Of a DNA stretch of 18,486 bases, positions 1 to 7,251 are shown piece after piece. The DNA comes from a virus, in the UHGV virus genome UHGV-0140400; one strand, given 5' to 3'. The notes beneath the pieces are model-generated. The model ran no database searches. It was not told where the DNA came from and saw only the letters and a program-made list of their open reading frames with translations. A program made the translations under genes and the position numbers. The stretch's first letter is position 1, and every line of letters starts with the position of its first letter.

Positions 1-32
1 GACTGGAGTTCAGACGTGTGCTCTTCCGATCT
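1..32. other. Illumina TruSeq adapter sequence (technical contamination, not phage DNA)
   Basis: The string gactggagttcagacgtgtgctcttccgatct matches the TruSeq indexed-adapter stem. Its exact reverse complement (agatcggaagagcacacgtctgaactccagtc) forms the last 32 nt of the window. Confidence 0.9.
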
Positions 33-183
33 AAATATTAAGGAAATTTTTTTTGGTACTTCACCCCACCCCCACCCAGAAACGAGAACAGAATTTGAGC
101 ACGTAGCGACAAAAATTTTGAGTGAAAGGTCAATTAAAAAATACATTTAAAAATATGTAATGGATTATTGATAAAAAGTTTTT
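33..183. repeat. Left inverted terminal repeat (ITR), 151 bp, identical to the reverse complement of 18304..18454
   Basis: Direct comparison of the left end with the reverse complement of the right end shows identity from aaatattaagg... through ...gataaaaagttttt, diverging at position 184. It contains a C-rich tract, caccccacccccaccc, at 62..77. Confidence 0.9.
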
Positions 184-204
184 CAAAAAAGTTTGCTAAA
201 ACTA

Positions 205-233
205 TTGCAAAAAATTCGCACTTATTATATAAT
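205..233 (+). promoter_or_regulatory. Left-end early sigma-A-type promoter (TTGCAA - 17 nt - TATAAT)
   Basis: TTGCAA at 205..210 and TATAAT at 228..233 are separated by a 17-nt spacer, immediately outside the ITR and upstream of the first + strand ORF. Confidence 0.5.
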
Positions 234-263
234 GTAATCAAGTTAGAAATGGAGGTGAGAAAA

Positions 264-536
264 GTGACACCAGAAAAAGGTCAAGCCTATACGGAAATGT
301 TACAACTGTTTAATTTATTACAACAATGGAATGATTTTTACACATCAGAAAATGCAAGTAATTTATTAGTTGCATGTCAACAATTATTAATTAATTACAA
401 TGACCCAGTCATTAAATTTATTAATGATGAAAATGAAGATAAATCACTACTAAGCTATTTAGCAGGTGATGACGGATTATCACAATGGCAATTTTACAAA
501 GGTTTTTATAATAATTACAACGTTCATATTTTTTAA
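264..536 (+). CDS. Hypothetical early protein (about 90 aa)
   Basis: The ORF track gives 168..536 from a TTG inside the ITR and upstream of the predicted promoter. The more likely start is GTG 264, which has a GGAGGTGA SD at 251..258 with 5-nt spacing; ATG 249 is an alternative. TAA stop at 534..536. No recognisable motif. Confidence 0.5.
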   Translation: MTPEKGQAYTEMLQLFNLLQQWNDFYTSENASNLLVACQQLLINYNDPVIKFINDENEDKSLLSYLAGDDGLSQWQFYKGFYNNYNVHIF

Positions 537-583
537 AATAACATTTAATACTATATTCTAAAAATATAATGTGAGGTGAACAT

Positions 584-799
584 ATGAACTACATTGATGT
601 TGAAATCAAAGGTTTTACAGTCTATGCAAAAAATGATAGACATGAAGAATATGACTTTTTTATTCCAAAACAAGATTACAGAATAACTAAACGTGAAATA
701 TTACAACATATTCCAGAAGGACATACATTACTAGATAGCAAACGTACGTCAAAAATAATTACAGTAAGTTATGATGAATTATTAAAAATTGAAATTTAA
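584..799 (+). CDS. Hypothetical early protein (71 aa)
   Basis: ATG 584 is preceded by a GAGGTGA SD. The ORF is intact with a TAA stop. No recognisable domain. Confidence 0.55.
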   Translation: MNYIDVEIKGFTVYAKNDRHEEYDFFIPKQDYRITKREILQHIPEGHTLLDSKRTSKIITVSYDELLKIEI

Positions 800-814
800 A
801 GGAGTTAATAAAAA

Positions 815-1249
815 ATGGCAAATGTAAATGAATTATTAAACAAATATTCTAACGGTGGCGCAAAATTTGAATACGACAATGAAAAAGAAAGAGAATATAT
901 CAAATTAGGTGAATTGGATATGTCAAAAACATACCCTATTGAAGCGTTATTCATCAATACGAAAGGTAAATTTGGTGACCAAGGTGTCATCATTAGTGGT
1001 GACTACATTGTCAACTTACCTAATCACTTAACAGAAATGATTGAAGAAATGCGACAAGATAGTGAAATGGTTGACGCAATCAATCAACGTTTATTTGATT
1101 TTGAAATTTATGAATTTGAATCTAAGAAATATAATCGTGTATCACATAGTATTAATTTAGTACCAAGTGAAAAAGCAAAACAAGAGGTTGAACCTGAGCA
1201 ACGTAACCCGTTATATAGTGAGCCTGAACCTGAATCTGAAAAAAAGTAG
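815..1249 (+). CDS. Putative ssDNA-binding-like early protein (144 aa) with an acidic Pro/Glu-rich C-terminus; candidate -1 frameshift extension to 1323
   Basis: AAGGAG SD lies 10 nt upstream of ATG 815. The C-terminal EPEQRNPLYSEPEPESEKK is linker-like. The downstream -1 frame encodes ...ERRNPFARSTKPIDISDEDLPF-stop, which is the canonical SSB C-terminal tip; see finding. Confidence 0.6.
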   Translation: MANVNELLNKYSNGGAKFEYDNEKEREYIKLGELDMSKTYPIEALFINTKGKFGDQGVIISGDYIVNLPNHLTEMIEEMRQDSEMVDAINQRLFDFEIYEFESKKYNRVSHSINLVPSEKAKQEVEPEQRNPLYSEPEPESEKK

Positions 1250-1323
1250 TATATGAGCGACGTAACCCGTTCGCTCGTTCTACTAAACCAATTGATATTA
1301 GTGATGAAGATTTACCATTTTAA
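1240..1323 (+). other. Candidate programmed -1 ribosomal frameshift cassette: slippery A_AAA_AAG (1240..1246), TAG stop, 8-nt spacer, stem-loop gagcga-N10-tcgctc (1255..1276), and -1 frame extension 1246..1323 ending DEDLPF-TAA
   Basis: The heptamer is in the correct X_XXY_YYZ phase relative to the zero frame (gaA AAA AAG TAG). The -1 frame from 1246 reads VVYERRNPFARSTKPIDISDEDLPF then a stop. The hairpin starts 8 nt after the slippery site. Confidence 0.45.
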
Positions 1324-1336
1324 TAAAAACTGAATA

Positions 1337-1360
1337 AAGGGGGCAATGCCTCCTTTTTTA
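1337..1360 (+). terminator. Rho-independent terminator after the SSB-like gene
   Basis: aagggggc-aat-gcctcctt forms an 8-bp stem with one G-U pair, followed by TTTTTT. Confidence 0.6.
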
Positions 1361-1376
1361 TTATGGAGTGATAAAA

Positions 1377-1586
1377 ATGTTAGCGTTTGAAAAAAGTATT
1401 ATTGATGTATTAGAAAAAGCCTATGCTATGAATAAAGGATTTGTTGTGCTTTGTCAAAGAAGTAAAAAATATTTAAGTCGTACACTAAAATTTCTTGATG
1501 ATATTAAATGTGAGTATATAACAATTACTGATAAAGACGGTACTATTAATATTGTGATTGATGTTAATTATTATAAAGGGGTTTAG
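1377..1586 (+). CDS. Hypothetical early protein (69 aa)
   Basis: The track starts at GTG 1368, but ATG 1377 with a GGAG SD (1365..1368) and 8-nt spacer is more plausible. The ggagtgataaaaATG motif is reused at another gene (17875, - strand). Confidence 0.5.
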   Translation: MLAFEKSIIDVLEKAYAMNKGFVVLCQRSKKYLSRTLKFLDDIKCEYITITDKDGTINIVIDVNYYKGV

Positions 1587-1589
1587 TTT

Positions 1590-1835
1590 ATGTTTGGTAC
1601 AATCGTTACAATAGGATTATGTTTATATGGTATAATTGCTTTAATACTTGTTTCAATCGTTAATTATAAAAGGAGTGATTACATGAATTTGATTAAAGCA
1701 TATTATAATATTGTTAACGCTCTCAATGATTACGATTTAACAAAAGAACAAAGAGATAAATTAGAAAATGCTTTATTTGAAATTACGCATATTCTTAATG
1801 ATTTAGAAAGTGAGGGAAAATATTTTGATAATTAA
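1590..1835 (+). CDS. Hypothetical small membrane protein (81 aa, N-terminal transmembrane helix)
   Basis: The N-terminus FGTIVTIGLCLYGIIALILVSIV is hydrophobic. A strong internal SD (AAGGAGTGA) plus ATG 1683 in the same frame could give a separate 51-aa soluble product. Confidence 0.45.
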   Translation: MFGTIVTIGLCLYGIIALILVSIVNYKRSDYMNLIKAYYNIVNALNDYDLTKEQRDKLENALFEITHILNDLESEGKYFDN

Positions 1836-1842
1836 ACATCAA

Positions 1843-3054
1843 ATGAAATTACATTTAAATGAATTGGTTGATTGGGCGTGGCGTAATGGTATAACATCTG
1901 AAAAGTTTCACTCAAATAATGGTTCATATGTAATATTTGACCATAGTGCAGTAGTAGAAACCTATATTATAAACAAAAATGATTTATTTAATGTTATAGA
2001 AGAAATTGAAATCACATTAAATACACCGATTGACTATTTCCTAGAGAAAGATATGTACGGAAATTATCGTGAACATCAAAATATTGCTATTAAGGATTTA
2101 TTATTTTTAAATACAACATCAGATATTTGGTTAATTAATGATGATGATTCACATATATTGATTTATAAAGACGGAAAACTCATTGATGAATATATGTATC
2201 ATCAATTTGAATATGAAGCTAATCAGAATAAACATATTTACCCAAATAATAAAGCAAGTGGAACGTACCCACATAAAACAGAACAAGACGTCACACCACC
2301 AAAAAAACAACCTGATACAAAACCCCTACCACCTGAAGATAATACACCAAAAGTGAGAACCATTAAAACATTAAATGGTACAGTGATGAAAGATTATACA
2401 CCCGTTTCATCAATACAATATGTTAAATCTGTTGGAATCATTGGTGACAGTGTGGGTAAAGGCGCGCATGCTTCATATAACTTTGGTGATTACATCAAAG
2501 AAAAAACAGGTGCAAAAATTCAAAACTTATCAGTAAGCAGTGCTACAATGAGTGAAGTTAAAGACAATAATATATTAAATCAAGCTAAACAACTCAAAGA
2601 TAATGAATTAGTGATTATACAGGGTACTGATGATGATTGGTTGTTTAATTCAAATGCAGGTGTTGAAGTAGGTAATAAACTTACTGATACAAAAACATAT
2701 ATCGGTGCATTTTATAAGGTTGTAGAAACGGTTAAAGAAAATAACCCAAAAGCTAAAATCGTTGTAATTACACCAACGAAACAAGCTAAAATTGATGATA
2801 CAGGAAAAGTTATAAGACGTGATACAGACAAGAATAAAAAAGGTTACACATTAAAAACTTATGTTGATTCACAAGTGAAAGCAACTAAAGATTTAGGATT
2901 AGCATTATATAATGCTTATGATGATTCATTAATTAATCCTTATGATGAAAAATTTAGACAATCGTCTATGAAAGACGGTTTACACCCAACAAAATGGGGT
3001 CATGAAATGATGTATTATCGCATTGTAGAAACATATCATAAAAATTTTGATTGA
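1843..3054 (+). CDS. SGNH/GDSL-family hydrolase (esterase/lipase-like) fused to an N-terminal domain of unknown function via a Pro/Lys-rich linker
   Basis: The C-terminal half has the GDS(x) block IIGDSVGKG, then QGTDDDW, then DGLHPT (DxxH catalytic pair), matching the SGNH hydrolase blocks. The linker is TPPKKQPDTKPLPPEDNTPK. The track starts at GTG 1810. ATG 1843 lies 8 nt after the stop of the upstream gene (translational coupling); TTG 1825 is also possible. TGA stop at 3052..3054. Confidence 0.65.
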   Translation: MKLHLNELVDWAWRNGITSEKFHSNNGSYVIFDHSAVVETYIINKNDLFNVIEEIEITLNTPIDYFLEKDMYGNYREHQNIAIKDLLFLNTTSDIWLINDDDSHILIYKDGKLIDEYMYHQFEYEANQNKHIYPNNKASGTYPHKTEQDVTPPKKQPDTKPLPPEDNTPKVRTIKTLNGTVMKDYTPVSSIQYVKSVGIIGDSVGKGAHASYNFGDYIKEKTGAKIQNLSVSSATMSEVKDNNILNQAKQLKDNELVIIQGTDDDWLFNSNAGVEVGNKLTDTKTYIGAFYKVVETVKENNPKAKIVVITPTKQAKIDDTGKVIRRDTDKNKKGYTLKTYVDSQVKATKDLGLALYNAYDDSLINPYDEKFRQSSMKDGLHPTKWGHEMMYYRIVETYHKNFD

Positions 3055-3064
3055 GGTGTAGACA

Positions 3065-3568
3065 ATGAAAAGAGGTAACAAAAGTAATCGCATTGCACGT
3101 TCAAATGCTTTTAGAGAATCAACATCAAAAAAACAATCAACCTATGAACGTGACGGATTTGTTTTTTTATTTGATGATGAAGAATTACAAAAAGAATATA
3201 TACATGAGTATAATTACTTTAATAATCTATTTGTAGAAAAAGGAAAAGTTAAATTACCTAAACCAAAAAAGATTGGTTACAATGATGCAAAAAGTTTAGT
3301 CAGTGGTAAGAATCAAGAAAAATTGACTAATATAGAAAATGTATATAAACAACTGGATTATGATTGGGAACAAAAAGGTAATATGCACAAACGTCACCTA
3401 TTCCAAGAATCAGTCAAAGAAAATGATGGTTCACAAGAAATATCACACTTTATTAAATCAACGGAAAAGCTATTTGAAGAACTTGCAGAAGCAACGAAAG
3501 TAGCAGATATTGTCAATAAAAAACAAGTTAAATATAACGTGGTTTATTACGTCAGACAGGTAGGTTAA
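3065..3568 (+). CDS. Hypothetical basic protein (167 aa); speculative terminal-protein or DNA-binding candidate
   Basis: A GAGGTG SD lies 6 nt before ATG 3065. The N-terminus is Lys/Arg-rich (MKRGNKSNRIARSNAFRESTSKKQ). The gene sits in the replication module upstream of the ATPase and polymerase. No motif evidence. Confidence 0.45.
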   Translation: MKRGNKSNRIARSNAFRESTSKKQSTYERDGFVFLFDDEELQKEYIHEYNYFNNLFVEKGKVKLPKPKKIGYNDAKSLVSGKNQEKLTNIENVYKQLDYDWEQKGNMHKRHLFQESVKENDGSQEISHFIKSTEKLFEELAEATKVADIVNKKQVKYNVVYYVRQVG

Positions 3569-3626
3569 AATATGTTTGAAAACATTCAAGATATTATTGA
3601 TTATTATTCAAGTAAGGAGGGAAAAA

Positions 3627-4886
3627 ATGAAAAAGTCACGACTGAATGAAGTTAAAGATTATCAAAACTTTGTAACTAAGTTTAGACGTTCTATTCCCAA
3701 ACAATATAACCAAATTGAACTTGCAGATGACTTAATGAATTTAGATATTGATTTTTTAATTTCCATATCCAACCGTTCAGACGGTAAAACATTCAACTAT
3801 GTTGCATTTTTTATGAAGTTAGCTATTGATTTAGATATTAAGTTTACTTTACTCGCAAGACATCATACATTGCGTGACGCTTATCGTGAATTACTTGAAA
3901 GAATATGTATTGAACAAAAACATTTTAATGATAAAGAGTTATTTTTTAGAAATACGCAAGATTATATTGCAGTGGGTTATGGTGATAAAGAAATAGGTAT
4001 TATTACACATCTTAATAATGCTACAGATTTAAAATATCATTCTAATTTTATGAAAAACTTTCCAATTATTATATATGATGAATTCCTAGCTTTAGAAAGT
4101 GACTATCTCATAGATGAGTGGGAAAAGTTGAAAACCATATATGAAAGTATTGACCGTAACCATGGTAATATTGAGTATATCAAAATACCAAAAATTGTAT
4201 TACTAGGAAATGCCGTAAACTTTTCAAGTCCCTTACTTGCTAACTTAAATATTTATGAACAGTTGCAACATCACTCAAAATTTGGTATGAATAGCAAACG
4301 TCAGTATAGTAATATCATGCTTGAGATGAGAAGAAATGAATTTTCTAATGAGAATCGTAACACACGTGCATTTAATACTGATGATGATTCTATGACAACA
4401 GGTGAATTTGATTTTAATACATTCAATTTAGCAGACGATTATTTGAGGGCGCACATATCAAGTAATGGAAACTTTTTCCATATCAAAACCCCCTATAACT
4501 ATATTAAAGTGATGTATAACTTAAATGATTATCAAACGAATATTAAAGTTGTACCCTATTCAGATGATTATCAATTTTGTACTGATGTATCAGATGTTGA
4601 ACATGGTGCATTATTTTTAAAAGAATCATTTTATAAAGATAATCATCAAAGGCGTTATTATAACCCCTCAAATCTTCATTTTGATAATGCTTACAGTAAA
4701 TCATTTATACTCAATGAGGACGATTTTATTCATTTAAACATGAACAAGATTATAAAGTATCATTTAAAAACAGAACGTAACAAAAAAGGGTATCAACCTT
4801 TTGAACAAAAAGAAAAAATGTATCATGATAACTACATTGAAAGAACTAAAAAAAATCTAGTAAAATCATTTATAAGCAATGTGTAA
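3627..4886 (+). CDS. DNA encapsidation (packaging) ATPase, phi29 gp16-like
   Basis: A strong AAGGAGGG SD precedes ATG 3627; the track's TTG 3576 start is unlikely. The Walker A is deviant (SNRSDGKT) and the Walker B is IIIYDEF. Size and position next to the DNA polymerase match 44AHJD/P68-type phages. Confidence 0.6.
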   Translation: MKKSRLNEVKDYQNFVTKFRRSIPKQYNQIELADDLMNLDIDFLISISNRSDGKTFNYVAFFMKLAIDLDIKFTLLARHHTLRDAYRELLERICIEQKHFNDKELFFRNTQDYIAVGYGDKEIGIITHLNNATDLKYHSNFMKNFPIIIYDEFLALESDYLIDEWEKLKTIYESIDRNHGNIEYIKIPKIVLLGNAVNFSSPLLANLNIYEQLQHHSKFGMNSKRQYSNIMLEMRRNEFSNENRNTRAFNTDDDSMTTGEFDFNTFNLADDYLRAHISSNGNFFHIKTPYNYIKVMYNLNDYQTNIKVVPYSDDYQFCTDVSDVEHGALFLKESFYKDNHQRRYYNPSNLHFDNAYSKSFILNEDDFIHLNMNKIIKYHLKTERNKKGYQPFEQKEKMYHDNYIERTKKNLVKSFISNV

Positions 4887-4890
4887 AGTT

Positions 4891-4919
4891 TTTACATATT
4901 GCTTTTTTTATGATATAAT
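4891..4919 (+). promoter_or_regulatory. Candidate promoter for the DNA polymerase gene (TTTACA - 17 nt - TGaTATAAT, extended -10)
   Basis: TTTACA at 4891..4896 and TATAAT at 4914..4919 with TG at 4911..4912. It lies between the ATPase stop and the polymerase SD. Confidence 0.45.
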
Positions 4920-4943
4920 GTTTTTTGATTAGAGGTGTAGAAC

Positions 4944-7235
4944 ATGGGATTATTAGAAGCAATGCAAAAACATAAAGGTCAAAAAAATTTATATCTTTAT
5001 TGGGATATTGAAACATTAAACTATAATAAGGTTGCAGGTAGAGAAAAACCAACAAAATATAAAAATGTCACTTATAGTCTTGCAATTGGTTGGTATGATG
5101 GACAACACATTGATGTTGAAGTTTTTCCAAGTTTTAAAGCCTTTTATCAATCTTTTTTTGATTACGCCTCAAGACGTGATACCATTACGAAATCACAAAC
5201 AACCATTAATATGATTGCACATAACTGTAATAAATATGATAATCATTTTTTACTTCATGATACAAAATATTATTTTGGTGATGATTTAGTGATAGAAAAT
5301 TTATTTATGAAAAGTGCAGAAGATAACGAAAATACGATTAATATCAATGAAGCAAAATTATTATCAAAAGAAACAAATGTGATTTTAGAAAAACGTGTTA
5401 AATCAAGTATCAATTTAGATTTAATGATGTATTTGAAAGGATTTAAGTTTAATATCATTGATAACTTTATGAAAACCAATACATCAATTGCTACACTAGG
5501 TAAAAAGCTCAAAGACAGCGGGTTTATTAGTGAAGATGAATTAAAAACTGATTTTCAATATGATGTGTTCGATGTAGAACATGATATGACAGATACACAA
5601 GCCTATGCTTATGCTTATGAATGTTTTCATCAACTTACAGAATCACAAATGACCTATATTAGAAACGATGTCATCATATTAGGTATGTGCCACATACATT
5701 ATAGTGATATATTCCCTAATTTTGATTATAGTGCGATGACCTTTAGTGTAAATATTATGAAAAGTTATATCAATAATGAAACAACACGCTTACAATTATT
5801 AAACCAAAAAGGAAAGCAAAAAATATCATACACAGATTTCACTTTTTTTGATATGAATTTTTATGACTTTATTAAGGGTTTCTATCGTGGTGGATTAAAT
5901 ATGTATAATTCACGTTATGTTGATAAAATAATCAATGAGGAATGTTTTTCAATAGACATTAATAGTAGTTATCCTTATGTAATGTATCATGAAAAATTAC
6001 CGATGTATATTTATGATTTTGGTGAATATGAACAACCTACAACGATACACATTGATTTAACTAATAGAGATTATTTTTCACTTTATAAAATGGATAAAGT
6101 CACATTCAATCGTACTATTTTAAGAAATATTGAAAGTGATTTAATTAAACAATGTCTTGTTAAATACTACAATAATGATAAAAAGTTTGTTAACATAAAT
6201 ACAAACACTTTACGCATGATTCAAGATTTAACGGGTTTAACTTTTGACAAAATAAATGTGTTTGCTTTTGTGTGCTATGAATGTGAATACTTTGGTGCTC
6301 GTGATATTATTCATCATAATTATTTTATTAAAACACAGGGTAAATTAAATAAAAAAATCATTATGGATTCACCCTATAACTATAAAATTACTGATGAAGT
6401 GAATACACATACCTATTCACAAGAAGAAATCATGTTGAGTAAAGTTGTTTTAAATGGTCTGTATGGTATACCTGCTTTACGGTCACATTTTAATTTGTTT
6501 AGACGTGATGAGGACGGTTTTTTAGTTAACCATGAAAATGGATATAAAAACAGTGAACGCAATTTGTTGTTTTCAACTTTTGTTACATCACAAGCCCTTT
6601 ATAATTTACTTGAACCATTACAAAATTTAACACAATCTGAAATTGATGAATGTTTTATATATTGTGATACGGATTCACTTTATTTAAAATCAAAGATTAA
6701 ACATAAAATCAATGATGAATTATTTGACCCAATCGCATTAGGTAAGTGGGACATTGAAAATCACGTTATTAAAAAAATGTATGTACTCAATCATAAAAAG
6801 TACGCCTACCAAAAAGAAGATAATACAATTAAAATAGCCAGTGCAGGTATTCCATTAGACGCATTTAATAAAAATCAATCTTTTGAAGAATTTATAAAGA
6901 ATGATTTTCACCATAAAGCAATTGTGTATAACAATAAATCCATTTATAACGAACAAAAGACAATATCTATTTATCCGTCAAAAACATATATTGAAAAAGG
7001 TACACCTTATGATTATTATTTCCCTAAAGAATTAGAGGATAGAAAAGAAGATGTATTAAAACAAGCAAGACGTGAATATGATGATGTTAATGACGATGAT
7101 ATATTATACATTGAGAGTGAAGTAGGCGCTTTTTCATTTAGTGACTTGTTTCCATATCAATTTGAAATTAAAAATAAATGTGATATTAACATTTTATATA
7201 TGGTTCATCAAGATATAAAAAATGACGCTACATGA
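4944..7235 (+). CDS. Family B, protein-primed DNA polymerase (763 aa)
   Basis: Exo I is YLYWDIETLN, Exo II is HNCNKYDNHF, motif A is DINSSYPYVMY, a motif B-like block is NGLYG, and motif C is YCDTDSLY. A GAGGTG SD precedes ATG 4944. It ends in a TGA-TAG-TAG triple stop inside the terminator hairpin. Confidence 0.9.
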   Translation: MGLLEAMQKHKGQKNLYLYWDIETLNYNKVAGREKPTKYKNVTYSLAIGWYDGQHIDVEVFPSFKAFYQSFFDYASRRDTITKSQTTINMIAHNCNKYDNHFLLHDTKYYFGDDLVIENLFMKSAEDNENTININEAKLLSKETNVILEKRVKSSINLDLMMYLKGFKFNIIDNFMKTNTSIATLGKKLKDSGFISEDELKTDFQYDVFDVEHDMTDTQAYAYAYECFHQLTESQMTYIRNDVIILGMCHIHYSDIFPNFDYSAMTFSVNIMKSYINNETTRLQLLNQKGKQKISYTDFTFFDMNFYDFIKGFYRGGLNMYNSRYVDKIINEECFSIDINSSYPYVMYHEKLPMYIYDFGEYEQPTTIHIDLTNRDYFSLYKMDKVTFNRTILRNIESDLIKQCLVKYYNNDKKFVNINTNTLRMIQDLTGLTFDKINVFAFVCYECEYFGARDIIHHNYFIKTQGKLNKKIIMDSPYNYKITDEVNTHTYSQEEIMLSKVVLNGLYGIPALRSHFNLFRRDEDGFLVNHENGYKNSERNLLFSTFVTSQALYNLLEPLQNLTQSEIDECFIYCDTDSLYLKSKIKHKINDELFDPIALGKWDIENHVIKKMYVLNHKKYAYQKEDNTIKIASAGIPLDAFNKNQSFEEFIKNDFHHKAIVYNNKSIYNEQKTISIYPSKTYIEKGTPYDYYFPKELEDRKEDVLKQARREYDDVNDDDILYIESEVGAFSFSDLFPYQFEIKNKCDINILYMVHQDIKNDAT

Positions 7236-7251
7236 TAGTAGCGTCTTTTTT
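7224..7251. terminator. Bidirectional rho-independent terminator at the convergence point of the + and - gene sets
   Basis: gacgctac-atgata-gtagcgtc forms an 8-bp GC-rich stem, flanked by AAAAAA upstream and TTTTTT downstream, so a U-run follows the hairpin on both strands. Confidence 0.7.

Noticed and set aside
168-263. ORF-track start (TTG 168) of the first + strand ORF, which would begin inside the ITR
   Set aside because: It lies upstream of the only plausible promoter (205..233) and has no SD. GTG 264 with a GGAGGTGA SD, or ATG 249, is far more plausible, so the CDS was shortened.
537-583. Possible promoter (TTTAAT ... TATAAT at 566..571) between the first two + strand ORFs
   Set aside because: The -10 element lies so close to the SD and ATG that a transcript starting there would lack the ribosome-binding site, and the -35 is weak. 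It is more likely AT-rich chance similarity.
4870-5512. Small ORFs on the opposite strand or nested inside the DNA polymerase gene (4870..5055 -, 5032..5214 +, 5270..5512 -)
   Set aside because: They lie inside or antisense to a well-supported large gene, lack an SD, and are low-complexity and AT-rich. They are likely spurious.
5601-5626. Short tandem gcttatgcttatga repeat inside the polymerase gene
   Set aside because: Only two copies of a 7-mer, encoding AYAYAYE within the intact reading frame. No evidence of function beyond coding.
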